Part shown: in pieces, positions 24,601 through 39,600 of the stretch
Layout of the letters: every line of letters begins with the position of its first letter
Position numbering within the stretch: position 1 is the first letter of the stretch
Assembly (NCBI GenBank): GCA_040285825.1
Contig: JAUPSS010000007.1
Coordinates: forward strand, 3,140,141-3,204,140
Origin: Eukaryota sp. TZLM1-RC
Taxonomy: Eukaryota > Protista > Metamonada: BaSk clade
Direction of reading: 5' to 3'
Length of the DNA: 64,000 nucleotides
The notes under the pieces: generated by a model
The model's input: the letters and a program-made list of their open reading frames with translations, nothing else
What the model was told of the DNA's origin: nothing
Databases searched by the model: none
Position numbers and translations under genes: made by a program

Positions 24601-27600
24601 AGTTCCTAGTTTCGTATATTGACCAATGGTTGTTTATTACAATCATTGGTCAAATCTTAAAGTCCATTTTGGGACAATTAATATAACAATTGTGGTGTTA
24701 AAGTCCGTGCTATGGTCATTTGAGTAGTCATTGGTATGATTGGTTGAATGGTCATTGGTATGATTAGATGAGTTGCATGTAGTCTTTATGTACTAGATGT
24801 GATCAACTTGTGATCAAACTTTGTGTGAAATTGTGTGTGGTAATGTTGGCTATGTGTTGCTTGATCAGTACAAACTCATGATTACATTTTCAAATGATTT
24901 TGTATATATTTGAATTAATTGAGTGTATTAATTTTTAAACATTAAATTGTAAAAAAAGTAAAAAATCAAAAAGTATACAATTGAATGTTGTAAACTAATA
25001 AAACAATTGCTGTAAGTGTAAGAGTATCGTTTTTGATACGATTTACTGAGGCTCATATGAAGTTCCTAGTTTCGTATATTGACCAATGGTTGTTTATTAC
25101 AATCATTGGTCAAATCTTCTAAAGTCCATTTTGGGACAATTAATATAACAATTGTGGTGTTAAAGTCCGTGCTATGGTCATTTGAGTAGTCATTGGTATG
25201 ATTGGTTGAATGGTCATTGGTATGATTAGATGAGTTGCATGTAGTCTTTATGTACTAGATGTGATCAACTTGTGATCAAACTTTGTGTGAAATTGTGTGT
25301 GGTAATGTTGGCTATGTGTTACTTGATCAGTACAAACTCATGATTACATTTTCAAATGATTTTGTATATATTTGAATTAATTGAGTGTATTAATTTTTAA
25401 ACATTAAATTGTAAAAAAAGTAAAAAATCAAAAAGTATACAATTGAATGTTGTAAACTAATAAAACAATTGCTGTAAGTGTAAGAGTATCGTTTTGATAC
25501 GATTTACTGAGAGCTCATATGAAGTTCCTAGTTTCGTATATTGACCAATGGTTGTTTATTACAATCATTGGTCAAATCTTACTAAAGTCCATTTTGGGAC
25601 AATTAATATAACAATTGTGGTGTTAAAGTCCGTGCTATGGTCATTTGAGTAGTCATTGGTATGATTGGTTGAATGGTCATTGGTATGATTAGATGAGTTG
25701 CATGTAGTCCTTATGTACTAGATGTGATCAACTTGTGATCAAACTTTGTGTGAAATTGTGTGTGGTAATGTTGGCTATGTGTTGCTTGATCGGTACAAAC
25801 TCATGATTACATTTTCAAATGATTTTGTATATATTTGAATTAATTGAGTGTATTAATTTTTAAACATTAAATTGTAAAAAAAGTAAAAAATCAAAAAGTA
25901 TACAATTGAATGTTGTAAACTAATAAAACAATTGCTGTAAGTGTAAGAGTATCGTTTTTGATACGATTTACTGAGGCTCATATGAAGTTCCTAGTTTCGT
26001 ATATTGACCAATGGTTGTTTATTACAATCATTGGTCAAATCTTCTAAAATCCATTTTGGGACAATTAATATAACAATTGTGGTGTTAAAGTCCGTGCTAT
26101 GGTCATTTGAGTAGTCATTGGTTTGATTGGTTGAATGGTCATTGGTATGATTAGATGAGTTGCATGTAGTCCTTTATGTACTAGATGTGATCAACTTGTG
26201 ATCAAACTTTGTGTGAAATTGTGTGTTAGTAATGTTGGCTATGTGTTGCTTGATCAGTACAAACTCATGATTACATTTTCAAATGATTTTGTATATATTT
26301 GAATTAATTGAGTGTATTAATTTTTAAACATTAAATTGTAAAAAAAGTAAAAAATCAAAAAGTATACAATTGAATGTTGTAAACTAATAAAACAATTGCT
26401 GTAAGTGTAAGAGTATCGTTTTTGATACGATTTACTGAGGCTCATATGAAGTTCCTAGTTTCGTATATTGACCAATGGTTGTTTATTACAATCATTGGTC
26501 AAATCTTACTAAAGTCCATTTTGGGACAATTAATATAACAATTGTGGTGTTAAAGTCCGTGCTATGGTCATTTGAGTAGTCATTGGTTTGATTGGTTGAA
26601 TGGTCATTGGTATGATTAGATGAGTTGCATGTAGTCTTTATGTACTAGATGTGATCAACTTGTGATCAAACTTTGTGTGAAATTGTGTGTGGTAATGTTG
26701 GCTATGTGTTGCTTGATCAGTACAAACTCATGATTACATTTTCAAATGATTTTGTATATATTTGAATTAATTGAGTGTATTAATTTTTAAACATTAAATT
26801 GTAAAAAAGTAAAAAATCAAAAAGTATACAATTGAATGTTGTAAACTAATAAAACAATTGCTGTAAGTGTAAGAGTATCGTTTTTGATACGATTTACTGA
26901 GAGCTCATATGAAGTTCCTAGTTTCGTATATTGACCAATGGTTGTTTATTACAATCATTGGTCAAATCTTCAAAATCCATTTTGGGACAATTAATATAAC
27001 AATTGTGGTGTTAAAGTCCGTGCTATGGTCATTTGAGTAGTCATTGGTATGATTGGTTGAATGGTCATTGGTATGATTAGATGAGTTGCATGTAGTCTTT
27101 ATGTACTAGATGTGATCAACTTGTGATCAAACTTTGTGTGAAATTGTGTGTTAGTAATGTTGGCTATGTGTTGCTTGATCAGTACAAACTCATGATTACA
27201 TTTTCAAATGATTTTGTATATATTTGAATTAATTGAGTGTATTAATTTTTAAACATTAAATTGTAAAAAAAGTAAAAAATCAAAAAGTATACAATTGAAT
27301 GTTGTAAACTAATAAAACAATTGCTGTAAGTGTAAGAGTATCGTTTTTGATACGATTTACTGAGGCTCATATGAAGTTCCTAGTTTCGTATATTGACCAA
27401 TGGTTGTTTATTACAATCATTGGTCAAATCTTCAAAAGTCCATTTTGGGACAATTAATATAACAATTGTGGTGTTAAAGTCCGTGCTATGGTCATTTGAG
27501 TAGTCATTGGTATGATTGGTTGAATGGTCATTGGTATGATTAGATGAGTTGCATGTAGTCTTTATGTACTAGATGTGATCAACTTGTGATCAAACTTTGT

Positions 27601-30600
27601 GTGAAATTGTGTGTTAGTAATGTTGGCTATGTGTTGCTTGATCGGTACAAACTCATGATTACATTTTCAAATGATTTTGTATATATTTGAATTAATTGGG
27701 TGTATTAATTTTTAAACATTAAATTGTAAAAAAGTAAAAAATCAAAAAGTATACAATTGAATGTTGTAAACTAATAAAACAATTGCTGTAAGTGTAAGAG
27801 TATCGTTTTGATACGATTTACTGAGAGCTCATATGAAGTTCCTAGTTTCGTATATTGACCAATGGTTGTTTATTACAATCATTGGTCAAATCTTCAAAAT
27901 CCATTTTGGGACAATTAATATAACAATTGTGGTGTTAAAGTCCGTGCTATGGTCATTTGAGTAGTCATTGGTTTGATTGGTTGAATGGTCATTGGTATGA
28001 TTAGATGAGTTGCATGTAGTCTTTATGTACTAGATGTGATCAACTTGTGATCAAACTTTGTGTGAAATTGTGTGTTAGTAATGTTGGCTATGTGTTGCTT
28101 GATCGGTACAAACTCATGATTACATTTTCAAATGATTTTGTATATATTTGAATTAATTGAGTGTATTAATTTTTAAACATTAAATTGTAAAAAAAGTAAA
28201 AAATCAAAAAGTATACAATTGAATGTTGTAAACTAATAAAACAATTGCTGTAAGTGTAAGAGTATCGTTTTTGATACGATTTACTGAGGCTCATATGAAG
28301 TTCCTAGTTTCGTATATTGACCAATGGTTGTTTATTACAATCATTGGTCAAATCTTACTAAAGTCCATTTTGGGACAATTAATATAACAATTGTGGTGTT
28401 AAAGTCCGTGCTATGGTCATTTGAGTAGTCATTGGTATGATTGGTTGAATGGTCATTGGTATGATTAGATGAGTTGCATGTAGTCTTTATGTACTAGATG
28501 TGATCAACTTGTGATCAAACTTTGTGTGAAATTGTGTGTGGTAATGTTGGCTATGTGTTACTTGATCAGTACAAACTCATGATTACATTTTCAAATGATT
28601 TTGTATATATTTGAATTAATTGAGTGTATTAATTTTTAAACATTAAATTGTAAAAAAAGTAAAAAATCAAAAAGTATACAATTGAATGTTGTAAACTAAT
28701 AAAACAATTGCTGTAAGTGTAAGAGTATCGTTTTTGATACGATTTACTGAGGCTCATATGAAGTTCCTAGTTTCGTATATTGACCAATGGTTGTTTATTA
28801 CAATCATTGGTCAAATCTTAAAATCCATTTTGGGACAATTAATATAACAATTGTGGTGTTAAAGTCCGTGCTATGGTCATTTGAGTAGTCATTGGTATGA
28901 TTGGTTGAATGGTCATTGGTATGATTAGATGAGTTGCATGTAGTCTTTATGTACTAGATGTGATCAACTTGTGATCAAACTTTGTGTGAAATTGTGTGTT
29001 AGTAATGTTGGCTATGTGTTACTTGATCAGTACAAACTCATGATTACATTTTCAAATGATTTTGTATATATTTGAATTAATTGAGTGTATTAATTTTTAA
29101 ACATTAAATTGTAAAAAAGTAAAAAATCAAAAAGTATACAATTGAATGTTGTAAACTAATAAAACAATTGCTGTAAGTGTAAGAGTATCGTTTTTGATAC
29201 GATTTACTGAGAGCTCATATGAAGTTCCTAGTTTCGTATATTGACCAATGGTTGTTTATTACAATCATTGGTCAAATCTTCAAAATCCATTTTGGGACAA
29301 TTAATATAACAATTGTGGTGTTAAAGTCCGTGCTATGGTCATTTGAGTAGTCATTGGTTTGATTGGTTGAATGGTCATTGGTATGATTAGATGAGTTGCA
29401 TGTAGTCTTTATGTACTAGATGTGATCAACTTGTGATCAAACTTTGTGTGAAATTGTGTGTTAGTAATGTTGGCTATGTGTTGCTTGATCGGTACAAACT
29501 CATGATTACATTTTCAAATGATTTTGTATATATTTGAATTAATTGAGTGTATTAATTTTTAAACATTAAATTGTAAAAAAGTAAAAAATCAAAAAGTATA
29601 CAATTGAATGTTGTAAACTAATAAAACAATTGCTGTAAGTGTAAGAGTATCGTTTTTGATACGATTTACTGAGAGCTCATATGAAGTTCCTAGTTTCGTA
29701 TATTGACCAATGGTTGTTTATTACAATCATTGGTCAAATCTTAAAGTCCATTTTGGGACAATTAATATAACAATTGTGGTGTTAAAGTCCGTGCTATGGT
29801 CATTTGAGTAGTCATTGGTATGATTGGTTGAATGGTCATTGGTGTGATTAGATGAGTTGCATGTAGTCTTTATGTACTAGATGTGATCAACTTGTGATCA
29901 AACTTTGTGTGAAATTGTGTGTTAGTAATGTTGGCTATGTGTTGCTTGATCAGTACAAACTCATGATTACATTTTCAAATGATTTTGTATATATTTGAAT
30001 TAATTGGGTGTATTAATTTTTAAACATTAAATTGTAAAAAAGTAAAAAATCAAAAAGTATACAATTGAATGTTGTAAACTAATAAAACAATTGCTGTAAG
30101 TGTAAGAGTATCGTTTTTGATACGATTTACTGAGAGCTCATATGAAGTTCCTAGTTTCGTATATTGACCAATGGTTGTTTATTACAATCATTGGTCAAAT
30201 CTTACTAAAGTCCATTTTGGGACAATTAATATAACAATTGTGGTGTTAAAGTCCGTGCTATGGTCATTTGAGTAGTCATTGGTTTGATTGGTTGAATGGT
30301 CATTGGTGTGATTAGATGAGTTGCATGTAGTCTTTATGTACTAGATGTGATCAACTTGTGATCAAACTTTGTGTGAAATTGTGTGTTAGTAATGTTGGCT
30401 ATGTGTTACTTGATCAGTACAAACTCATGATTACATTTTCAAATGATTTTTGTATATATTTGAATTAATTGGGTGTATTAATTTTTAAACATTAAATTGT
30501 AAAAAAGTAAAAAATCAAAAAGTATACAATTGAATGTTGTAAACTAATAAAACAATTGCTGTAAGTGTAAGAGTATCGTTTTGATACGATTTACTGAGAG

Positions 30601-33600
30601 CTCATATGAAGTTCCTAGTTTCGTATATTGACCAATGGTTGTTTATTACAATCATTGGTCAAATCTTCTAAAGTCCATTTTGGGACAATTAATATAACAA
30701 TTGTGGTGTTAAAGTCCGTGCTATGGTCATTTGAGTAGTCATTGGTATGATTGGTTGAATGGTCATTGGTATGATTAGATGAGTTGCATGTAGTCTTTAT
30801 GTACTAGATGTGATCAACTTGTGATCAAACTTTGTGTGAAATTGTGTGTTAGTAATGTTGGCTATGTGTTGCTTGATCAGTACAAACTCATGATTACATT
30901 TTCAAATGATTTTGTATATATTTGAATTAATTGAGTGTATTAATTTTTAAACATTAAATTGTAAAAAAAGTAAAAAATCAAAAAGTATACAATTGAATGT
31001 TGTAAACTAATAAAACAATTGCTGTAAGTGTAAGAGTATCGTTTTTGATACGATTTACTGAGGCTCATATGAAGTTCCTAGTTTCGTATATTGACCAATG
31101 GTTGTTTATTACAATCATTGGTCAAATCTTCAAAAGTCCATTTTGGGACAATTAATATAACAATTGTGGTGTTAAAGTCCGTGCTATGGTCATTTGAGTA
31201 GTCATTGGTTTGATTGGTTGAATGGTCATTGGTATGATTAGATGAGTTGCATGTAGTCTTTATGTACTAGATGTGATCAACTTGTGATCAAACTTTGTGT
31301 GAAATTGTGTGTTAGTAATGTTGGCTATGTGTTGCTTGATCAGTACAAACTCATGATTACATTTTCAAATGATTTTGTATATATTTGAATTAATTGAGTG
31401 TATTAATTTTTAAACATTAAATTGTAAAAAAGTAAAAAATCAAAAAGTATACAATTGAATGTTGTAAACTAATAAAACAATTGCTGTAAGTGTAAGAGTA
31501 TCGTTTTTGATACGATTTACTGAGAGCTCATATGAAGTTCCTAGTTTCGTATATTGACCAATGGTTGTTTATTACAATCATTGGTCAAATCTTTAAAGTC
31601 CATTTTGGGACAATTAATATAACAATTGTGGTGTTAAAGTCCGTGCTATGGTCATTTGAGTAGTCATTGGTATGATTGGTTGAATGGTCATTGGTGTGAT
31701 TAGATGAGTTGCATGTAGTCTTTATGTACTAGATGTGATCAACTTGTGATCAAACTTTGTGTGAAATTGTGTGTTAGTAATGTTGGCTATGTGTTACTTG
31801 ATCAGTACAAACTCATGATTACATTTTCAAATGATTTTGTATATATTTGAATTAATTGAGTGTATTAATTTTTAAACATTAAATTGTAAAAAAGTAAAAA
31901 ATCAAAAAGTATACAATTGAATGTTGTAAACTAATAAAACAATTGCTGTAAGTGTAAGAGTATCGTTTTGATACGATTTACTGAGAGCTCATATGAAGTT
32001 CCTAGTTTCGTATATTGACCAATGGTTGTTTATTACAATCATTGGTCAAATCTTTAAAGTCCATTTTGGGACAATTAATATAACAATTGTGGTGTTAAAG
32101 TCCGTGCTATGGTCATTTGAGTAGTCATTGGTATGATTGGTTGAATGGTCATTGGTATGATTAGATGAGTTGCATGTAGTCTTTATGTACTAGATGTGAT
32201 CAACTTGTGATCAAACTTTGTGTGAAATTGTGTGTTAGTAATGTTGGCTATGTGTTGCTTGATCAGTACAAACTCATGATTACATTTTCAAATGATTTTT
32301 GTATATATTTGAATTAATTGAGTGTATTAATTTTTAAACATTAAATTGTAAAAAAAGTAAAAAATCAAAAAGTATACAATTGAATGTTGTAAACTAATAA
32401 AACAATTGCTGTAAGTGTAAGAGTATCGTTTTTGATACGATTTACTGAGAGCTCATATGAAGTTCCTAGTTTCGTATATTGACCAATGGTTGTTTATTAC
32501 AATCATTGGTCAAATCTTAAAGTCCATTTTGGGACAATTAATATAACAATTGTGGTGTTAAAGTCCGTGCTATGGTCATTTGAGTAGTCATTGGTATGAT
32601 TGGTTGAATGGTCATTGGTATGATTAGATGAGTTGCATGTAGTCTTTATGTACTAGATGTGATCAACTTGTGATCAAACTTTGTGTGAAATTGTGTGTTA
32701 GTAATGTTGGCTATGTGTTACTTGATCAGTACAAACTCATGATTACATTTTTCAAATGATTTTGTATATATTTGAATTAATTGAGTGTATTAATTTTTAA
32801 ACATTAAATTGTAAAAAAGTAAAAAATCAAAAAGTATACAATTGAATGTTGTAAAACTAATAAAACAATTGCTGTAAGTGTAAGAGTATCGTTTTTGATA
32901 CGATTTACTGAGGCTCATATGAAGTTCCTAGTTTCGTATATTGACCAATGGTTGTTTATTACAATCATTGGTCAAATCTTCAAAAGTCCATTTTGGGACA
33001 ATTAATATAACAATTGTGGTGTTAAAGTCCGTGCTATGGTCATTTGAGTAGTCATTGGTATGATTGGTTGAATGGTCATTGGTATGATTAGATGAGTTGC
33101 ATGTAGTCTTTATGTACTAGATGTGATCAACTTGTGATCAAACTTTGTGTGAAATTGTGTGTTAGTAATGTTGGCTATGTGTTACTTGATCAGTACAAAC
33201 TCATGATTACATTTTCAAATGATTTTGTATATATTTGAATTAATTGGGTGTATTAATTTTTAAACATTAAATTGTAAAAAAAGTAAAAAAATCAAAAAGT
33301 ATACAATTGAATGTTGTAAACTAATAAAACAATTGCTGTAAGTGTAAGAGTATCGTTTTTGATACGATTTACTGAGAGCTCATATGAAGTTCCTAGTTTC
33401 GTATATTGACCAATGGTTGTTTATTACAATCATTGGTCAAATCTTCAAAGTCCATTTTGGGACAATTAATATAACAATTGTGGTGTTAAAGTCCGTGCTA
33501 TGGTCATTTGAGTAGTCATTGGTATGATTGGTTGAATGGTCATTGGTATGATTAGATGAGTTGCATGTAGTCTTTATGTACTAGATGTGATCAACTTGTG

Positions 33601-36600
33601 ATCAAACTTTGTGTGAAATTGTGTGTTAGTAATGTTGGCTATGTGTTGCTTGATCAGTACAAACTCATGATTACATTTTCAAATGATTTTGTATATATTT
33701 GAATTAATTGAGTGTATTAATTTTTAAACATTAAATTGTAAAAAAAGTAAAAAATCAAAAAAGTATACAATTGAATGTTGTAAACTAATAAAACAATTGC
33801 TGTAAGTGTAAGAGTATCGTTTTTGATACGATTTACTGAGAGCTCATATGAAGTTCCTAGTTTCGTATATTGACCAATGGTTGTTTATTACAATCATTGG
33901 TCAAATCTTCTAAAGTCCATTTTGGGACAATTAATATAACAATTGTGGTGTTAAAGTCCGTGCTATGGTCATTTGAGTAGTCATTGGTATGATTGGTTGA
34001 ATGGTCATTGGTATGATTAGATGAGTTGCATGTAGTCTTTATGTACTAGATGTGATCAACTTGTGATCAAACTTTGTGTGAAATTGTGTGTTAGTAATGT
34101 TGGCTATGTGTTACTTGATCAGTACAAACTCATGATTACATTTTCAAATGATTTTGTATATATTTGAATTAATTGAGTGTATTAATTTTTAAACATTAAA
34201 TTGTAAAAAAAGTAAAAAATCAAAAAGTATACAATTGAATGTTGTAAACTAATAAAACAATTGCTGTAAGTGTAAGAGTATCGTTTTTGATACGATTTAC
34301 TGAGAGCTCATATGAAGTTCCTAGTTTCGTATATTGACCAATGGTTGTTTATTACAATCATTGGTCAAATCTTAAAGTCCATTTTGGGACAATTAATATA
34401 ACAATTGTGGTGTTAAAGTCCGTGCTATGGTCATTTGAGTAGTCATTGGTATGATTGGTTGAATGGTCATTGGTATGATTAGATGAGTTGCATGTAGTCT
34501 TTATGTACTAGATGTGATCAACTTGTGATCAAACTTTGTGTGAAATTGTGTGTTAGTAATGTTGGCTGTGTGTTGCTTGATCAGTACAAACTCATGATTA
34601 CATTTTCAAATGATTTTTGTATATATTTGAATTAATTGAGTGTATTAATTTTTAAACATTAAATTGTAAAAAAGTAAAAAATCAAAAAGTATACAATTGA
34701 ATGTTGTAAACTAATAAAACAATTGCTGTAAGTGTAAGAGTATCGTTTTTGATACGATTTACTGAGGCTCATATGAAGTTCCTAGTTTCGTATATTGACC
34801 AATGGTTGTTTATTACAATCATTGGTCAAATCTTAAAGTCCATTTTGGGACAATTAATATAACAATTGTGGTGTTAAAGTCCATTGCTATGGTCATTTGA
34901 GTAGTCATTGGTATGATTGGTTGAATGGTCATTGGTATGATTAGATGAGTTGCATGTAGTCTTTATGTACTAGATGTGATCAACTTGTGATCAAACTTTG
35001 TGTGAAATTGTGTGTTAGTAATGTTGGCTATGTGTTACTTGATCAGTACAAACTCATGATTACATTTTCAAATGATTTTGTATATATTTGAATTAATTGA
35101 GTGTATTAATTTTTAAACATTAAATTGTAAAAAAGTAAAAAATCAAAAAGTATACAATTGAATGTTGTAAACTAATAAAACAATTGCTGTAAGTGTAAGA
35201 GTATCGTTTTTGATACGATTTACTGAGGCTCATATGAAGTTCCTAGTTTCGTATATTGACCAATGGTTGTTTATTACAATCATTGGTCAAATCTTCTAAG
35301 AATCCATTTTGGGACAATTAATATAACAATTGTGGTGTTAAAGTCCATTGCTATGGTCATTTGAGTAGTCATTGGTATGATTGGTTGAATGGTCATTGGT
35401 ATGATTAGATGAGTTGCATGTAGTCTTTATGTACTAGATGTGATCAACTTGTGATCAAACTTTGTGTGAAATTGTGTGTTAGTAATGTTGGCTATGTGTT
35501 GCTTGATCAGTACAAACTCATGATTACATTTTCAAATGATTTTGTATATATTTGAATTAATTGAGTGTATTAATTTTTAAACATTAAATTGTAAAAAAAG
35601 TAAAAAATCAAAAAGTATACAATTGAATGTTGTAAACTAATAAAACAATTGCTGTAAGTGTAAGAGTATCGTTTTGATACGATTTACTGAGGCTCATATG
35701 AAGTTCCTAGTTTCGTATATTGACCAATGGTTGTTTATTACAATCATTGGTCAAATCTTAAAGTCCATTTTGGGACAATTAATATAACAATTGTGGTGTT
35801 AAAGTCCGTGCTATGGTCATTTGGTAGTCATTGGTATGATTGGTTGAATGGTCATTGGTATGATTAGATGAGTTGCATGTAGTCTTTATGTACTAGATGT
35901 GATCAACTTGTGATCAAACTTTGTGTGAAATTGTGTGTTAGTAATGTTGGCTGTGTGTTGCTTGATCAGTACAAACTCATGATTACATTTTCAAATGATT
36001 TTGTATATATTTGAATTAATTGAGTGTATTAATTTTTAAACATTAAATTGTAAAAAAGTAAAAAATCAAAAGTATACAATTGAATGTTGTAAACTAATAA
36101 AACAATTGCTGTAAGTGTAAGAGTATCGTTTTGATACGATTTACTGAGGCTCATATGAAGTTCCTAGTTTCGTATATTGACCAATGGTTGTTTATTACAA
36201 TCATTGGTCAAATCTTAAAGTCCATTTTGGGACAATTAATATAACAATTGTGGTGTTAAAGTCCATTGCTATGGTCATTTGAGTAGTCATTGGTATGATT
36301 GGTTGAATGGTCATTGGTATGATTAGATGAGTTGCATGTAGTCTTTATGTACTAGATGTGATCAACTTGTGATCAAACTTTGTGTGAAATTGTGTGTTAG
36401 TAATGTTGGCTATGTGTTACTTGATCAGTACAAACTCATGATTACATTTTCAAATGATTTTGTATATATTTGAATTAATTGAGTGTATTAATTTTTAAAC
36501 ATTAAATTGTAAAAAAGTAAAAAATCAAAAGTATACAATTGAATGTTGTAAACTAATAAAACAATTGCTGTAAGTGTAAGAGTATCGTTTTTGATACGAT

Positions 36601-39600
36601 TTACTGAGAGCTCATATGAAGTTCCTAGTTTCGTATATTGACCAATGGTTGTTTATTACAATCATTGGTCAAATCTAAAGTCCATTTTGGGACAATTAAT
36701 ATAACAATTGTGGTGTTAAAGTCCATTGCTATGGTCATTTGAGTAGTCATTGGTATGATTGGTTGAATGGTCATTGGTATGATTAGATGAGTTGCATGTA
36801 GTCTTTATGTACTAGATGTGATCAACTTGTGATCAAACTTTGTGTGAAATTGTGTGTTAGTAATGTTGGCTATGTGTTGCTTGATCAGTACAAACTCATG
36901 ATTACATTTTCAAATGATTTTGTATATATTTGAATTAATTGGGTGTATTAATTTTTAAACATTAAATTGTAAAAAAGTAAAAAATCAAAAGTATACAATT
37001 GAATGTTGTAAACTAATAAAACAATTGCTGTAAGTGTAAGAGTATCGTTTTGATACGATTTACTGAGGCTCATATGAAGTTCCTAGTTTCGTATATTGAC
37101 CAATGGTTGTTTATTACAATCATTGGTCAAATCTTCAAGAATCCATTTTGGGACAATTAATATAACAATTGTGGTGTTAAAGTCCGTGCTATGGTCATTT
37201 GAGTAGTCATTGGTATGATTGGTTGAATGGTCATTGGTATGATTAGATGAGTTGCATGTAGTCTTTATGTACTAGATGTGATCAACTTGTGATCAAACTT
37301 TGTGTGAAATTGTGTGTTAGTAATGTTGGCTATGTATTTACTTGATCAGTACAAACTCATGATTACATTTTCAAATGATTTTGTATATATTTGAATTAAT
37401 TGAGTGTATTAATTTTTAAACATTAAATTGTAAAAAAGTAAAAAATCAAAAGTATACAATTGAATGTTGTAAACTAATAAAACAATTGCTGTAAGTGTAA
37501 GAGTATCGTTTTTGATACGATTTACTGAGAGCTCATATGAAGTTCCTAGTTTCGTATATTGACCAATGGTTGTTTATTACAATCATTGGTCAAATCTTCT
37601 AAGAATCCATTTTGGGACAATTAATATAACAATTGTGGTGTTAAAGTCCGTGCTATGGTCATTTGAGTAGTCATTGGTATGATTGGTTGAATGGTCATTG
37701 GTATGATTAGATGAGTTGCATGTAGTCTTTATGTACTAGATGTGATCAACTTGTGATCAAACTTTGTGTGAAATTGTGTGTTAGTAATGTTGGCTATGTG
37801 TTGCTTGATCAGTACAAACTCATGATTACATTTTCAAATGATTTTGTATATATTTGAATTAATTGAGTGTATTAATTTTTAAACATTAAATTGTAAAAAA
37901 GTAAAAAATCAAAAGTATACAATTGAATGTTGTAAACTAATAAAACAATTGCTGTAAGTGTAAGAGTATCGTTTTTGATACGATTTACTGAGAGCTCATA
38001 TGAAGTTCCTAGTTTCGTATATTGACCAATGGTTGTTTATTACAATCATTGGTCAAATCTTAAAGTCCATTTTGGGACAATTAATATAACAATTGTGGTG
38101 TTAAAAGTCCGTGCTATGGTCATTTGAGTAGTCATTGGTATGATTGGTTGAATGGTCATTGGTATGATTAGATGAGTTGCATGTAGTCTTTATGTACTAG
38201 ATGTGATCAACTTGTGATCAAACTTTGTGTGAAATTGTGTGTTAGTAATGTTGGCTATGTGTTGCTTGATCAGTACAAACTCATGATTACATTTTCAAAT
38301 GATTTTGTATATATTTGAATTAATTGGGTGTATTAATTTTTAAACATTAAATTGTAAAAAAGTAAAAAATCAAAAAGTATACAATTGAATGTTGTAAACT
38401 AATAAAACAATTGCTGTAAGTGTAAGAGTATCGTTTTTGATACGATTTACTGAGAGCTCATATGAAGTTCCTAGTTTCGTATATTGACCAATGGTTGTTT
38501 ATTACAATCATTGGTCAAATCTTAAAGTCCATTTTGGGACAATTAATATAACAATTGTGGTGTTAAAGTCCATTGCTATGGTCATTTGATTAGTCATTGG
38601 TATGATTGGTTGAATGGTCATTGGTATGATTAGATGAGTTGCATGTAGTCTTTATGTACTAGATGTGATCAACTTGTGATCAAACTTTGTGTGAAATTGT
38701 GTGTTAGTAATGTTGGCTATGTGTTGCTTGATCAGTACAAACTCATGATTACATTTTCAAATGATTTTGTATATATTTGAATTAATTGAGTGTATTAATT
38801 TTTAAACATTAAATTGTAAAAAAGTAAAAAATCAAAAGTATACAATTGAATGTTGTAAACTAATAAAACAATTGCTGTAAGTGTAAGAGTATCGTTTTTG
38901 ATACGATTTACTGAGAGCTCATATGAAGTTCTAGTTTCGTATATTGACCAATGGTTGTTTATTACAATCATTGGTCAAATCTTTAAAGTCCATTTTGGGA
39001 CAATTAATATAACAATTGTGGTGTTAAAGTCCGTGCTATGGTCATTTGGTAGTCATTGGTATGATTGGTTGAATGGTCATTGGTATGATTAGATGAGTTG
39101 CATGTAGTCTTTATGTACTAGATGTGATCAACTTGTGATCAAACTTTGTGTGAAATTGTGTGTTAGTAATGTTGGCTATGTGTTGCTTGATCGGTACAAA
39201 CTCATGATTACATTTTCAAATGATTTTGTATATATTTGAATTAATTGAGTGTATTAATTTTTAAACATTAAATTGTAAAAAAGTAAAAAATCAAAAAGTA
39301 TACAATTGAATGTTGTAAACTAATAAAACAATTGCTGTAAGTGTAAGAGTATCGTTTTTGATACGATTTACTGAGGCTCATATGAAGTTCCTAGTTTCGT
39401 ATATTGACCAATGGTTGTTTATTACAATCATTGGTCAAATCTTCAAAAGTCCATTTTGGGACAATTAATATAACAATTGTGGTGTTAAAGTCCATTGCTA
39501 TGGTCATTTGATTAGTCATTGGTATGATTGGTTGAATGGTCATTGGTATGATTAGATGAGTTGCATGTAGTCTTTATGTACTAGATGTGATCAACTTGTG

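Noticed and set aside
38898-39092. 64-aa satellite ORF, and the similar ORF at 59516-59740
   Set aside because: Chance frames created by indels or a junction; not preserved in other units.
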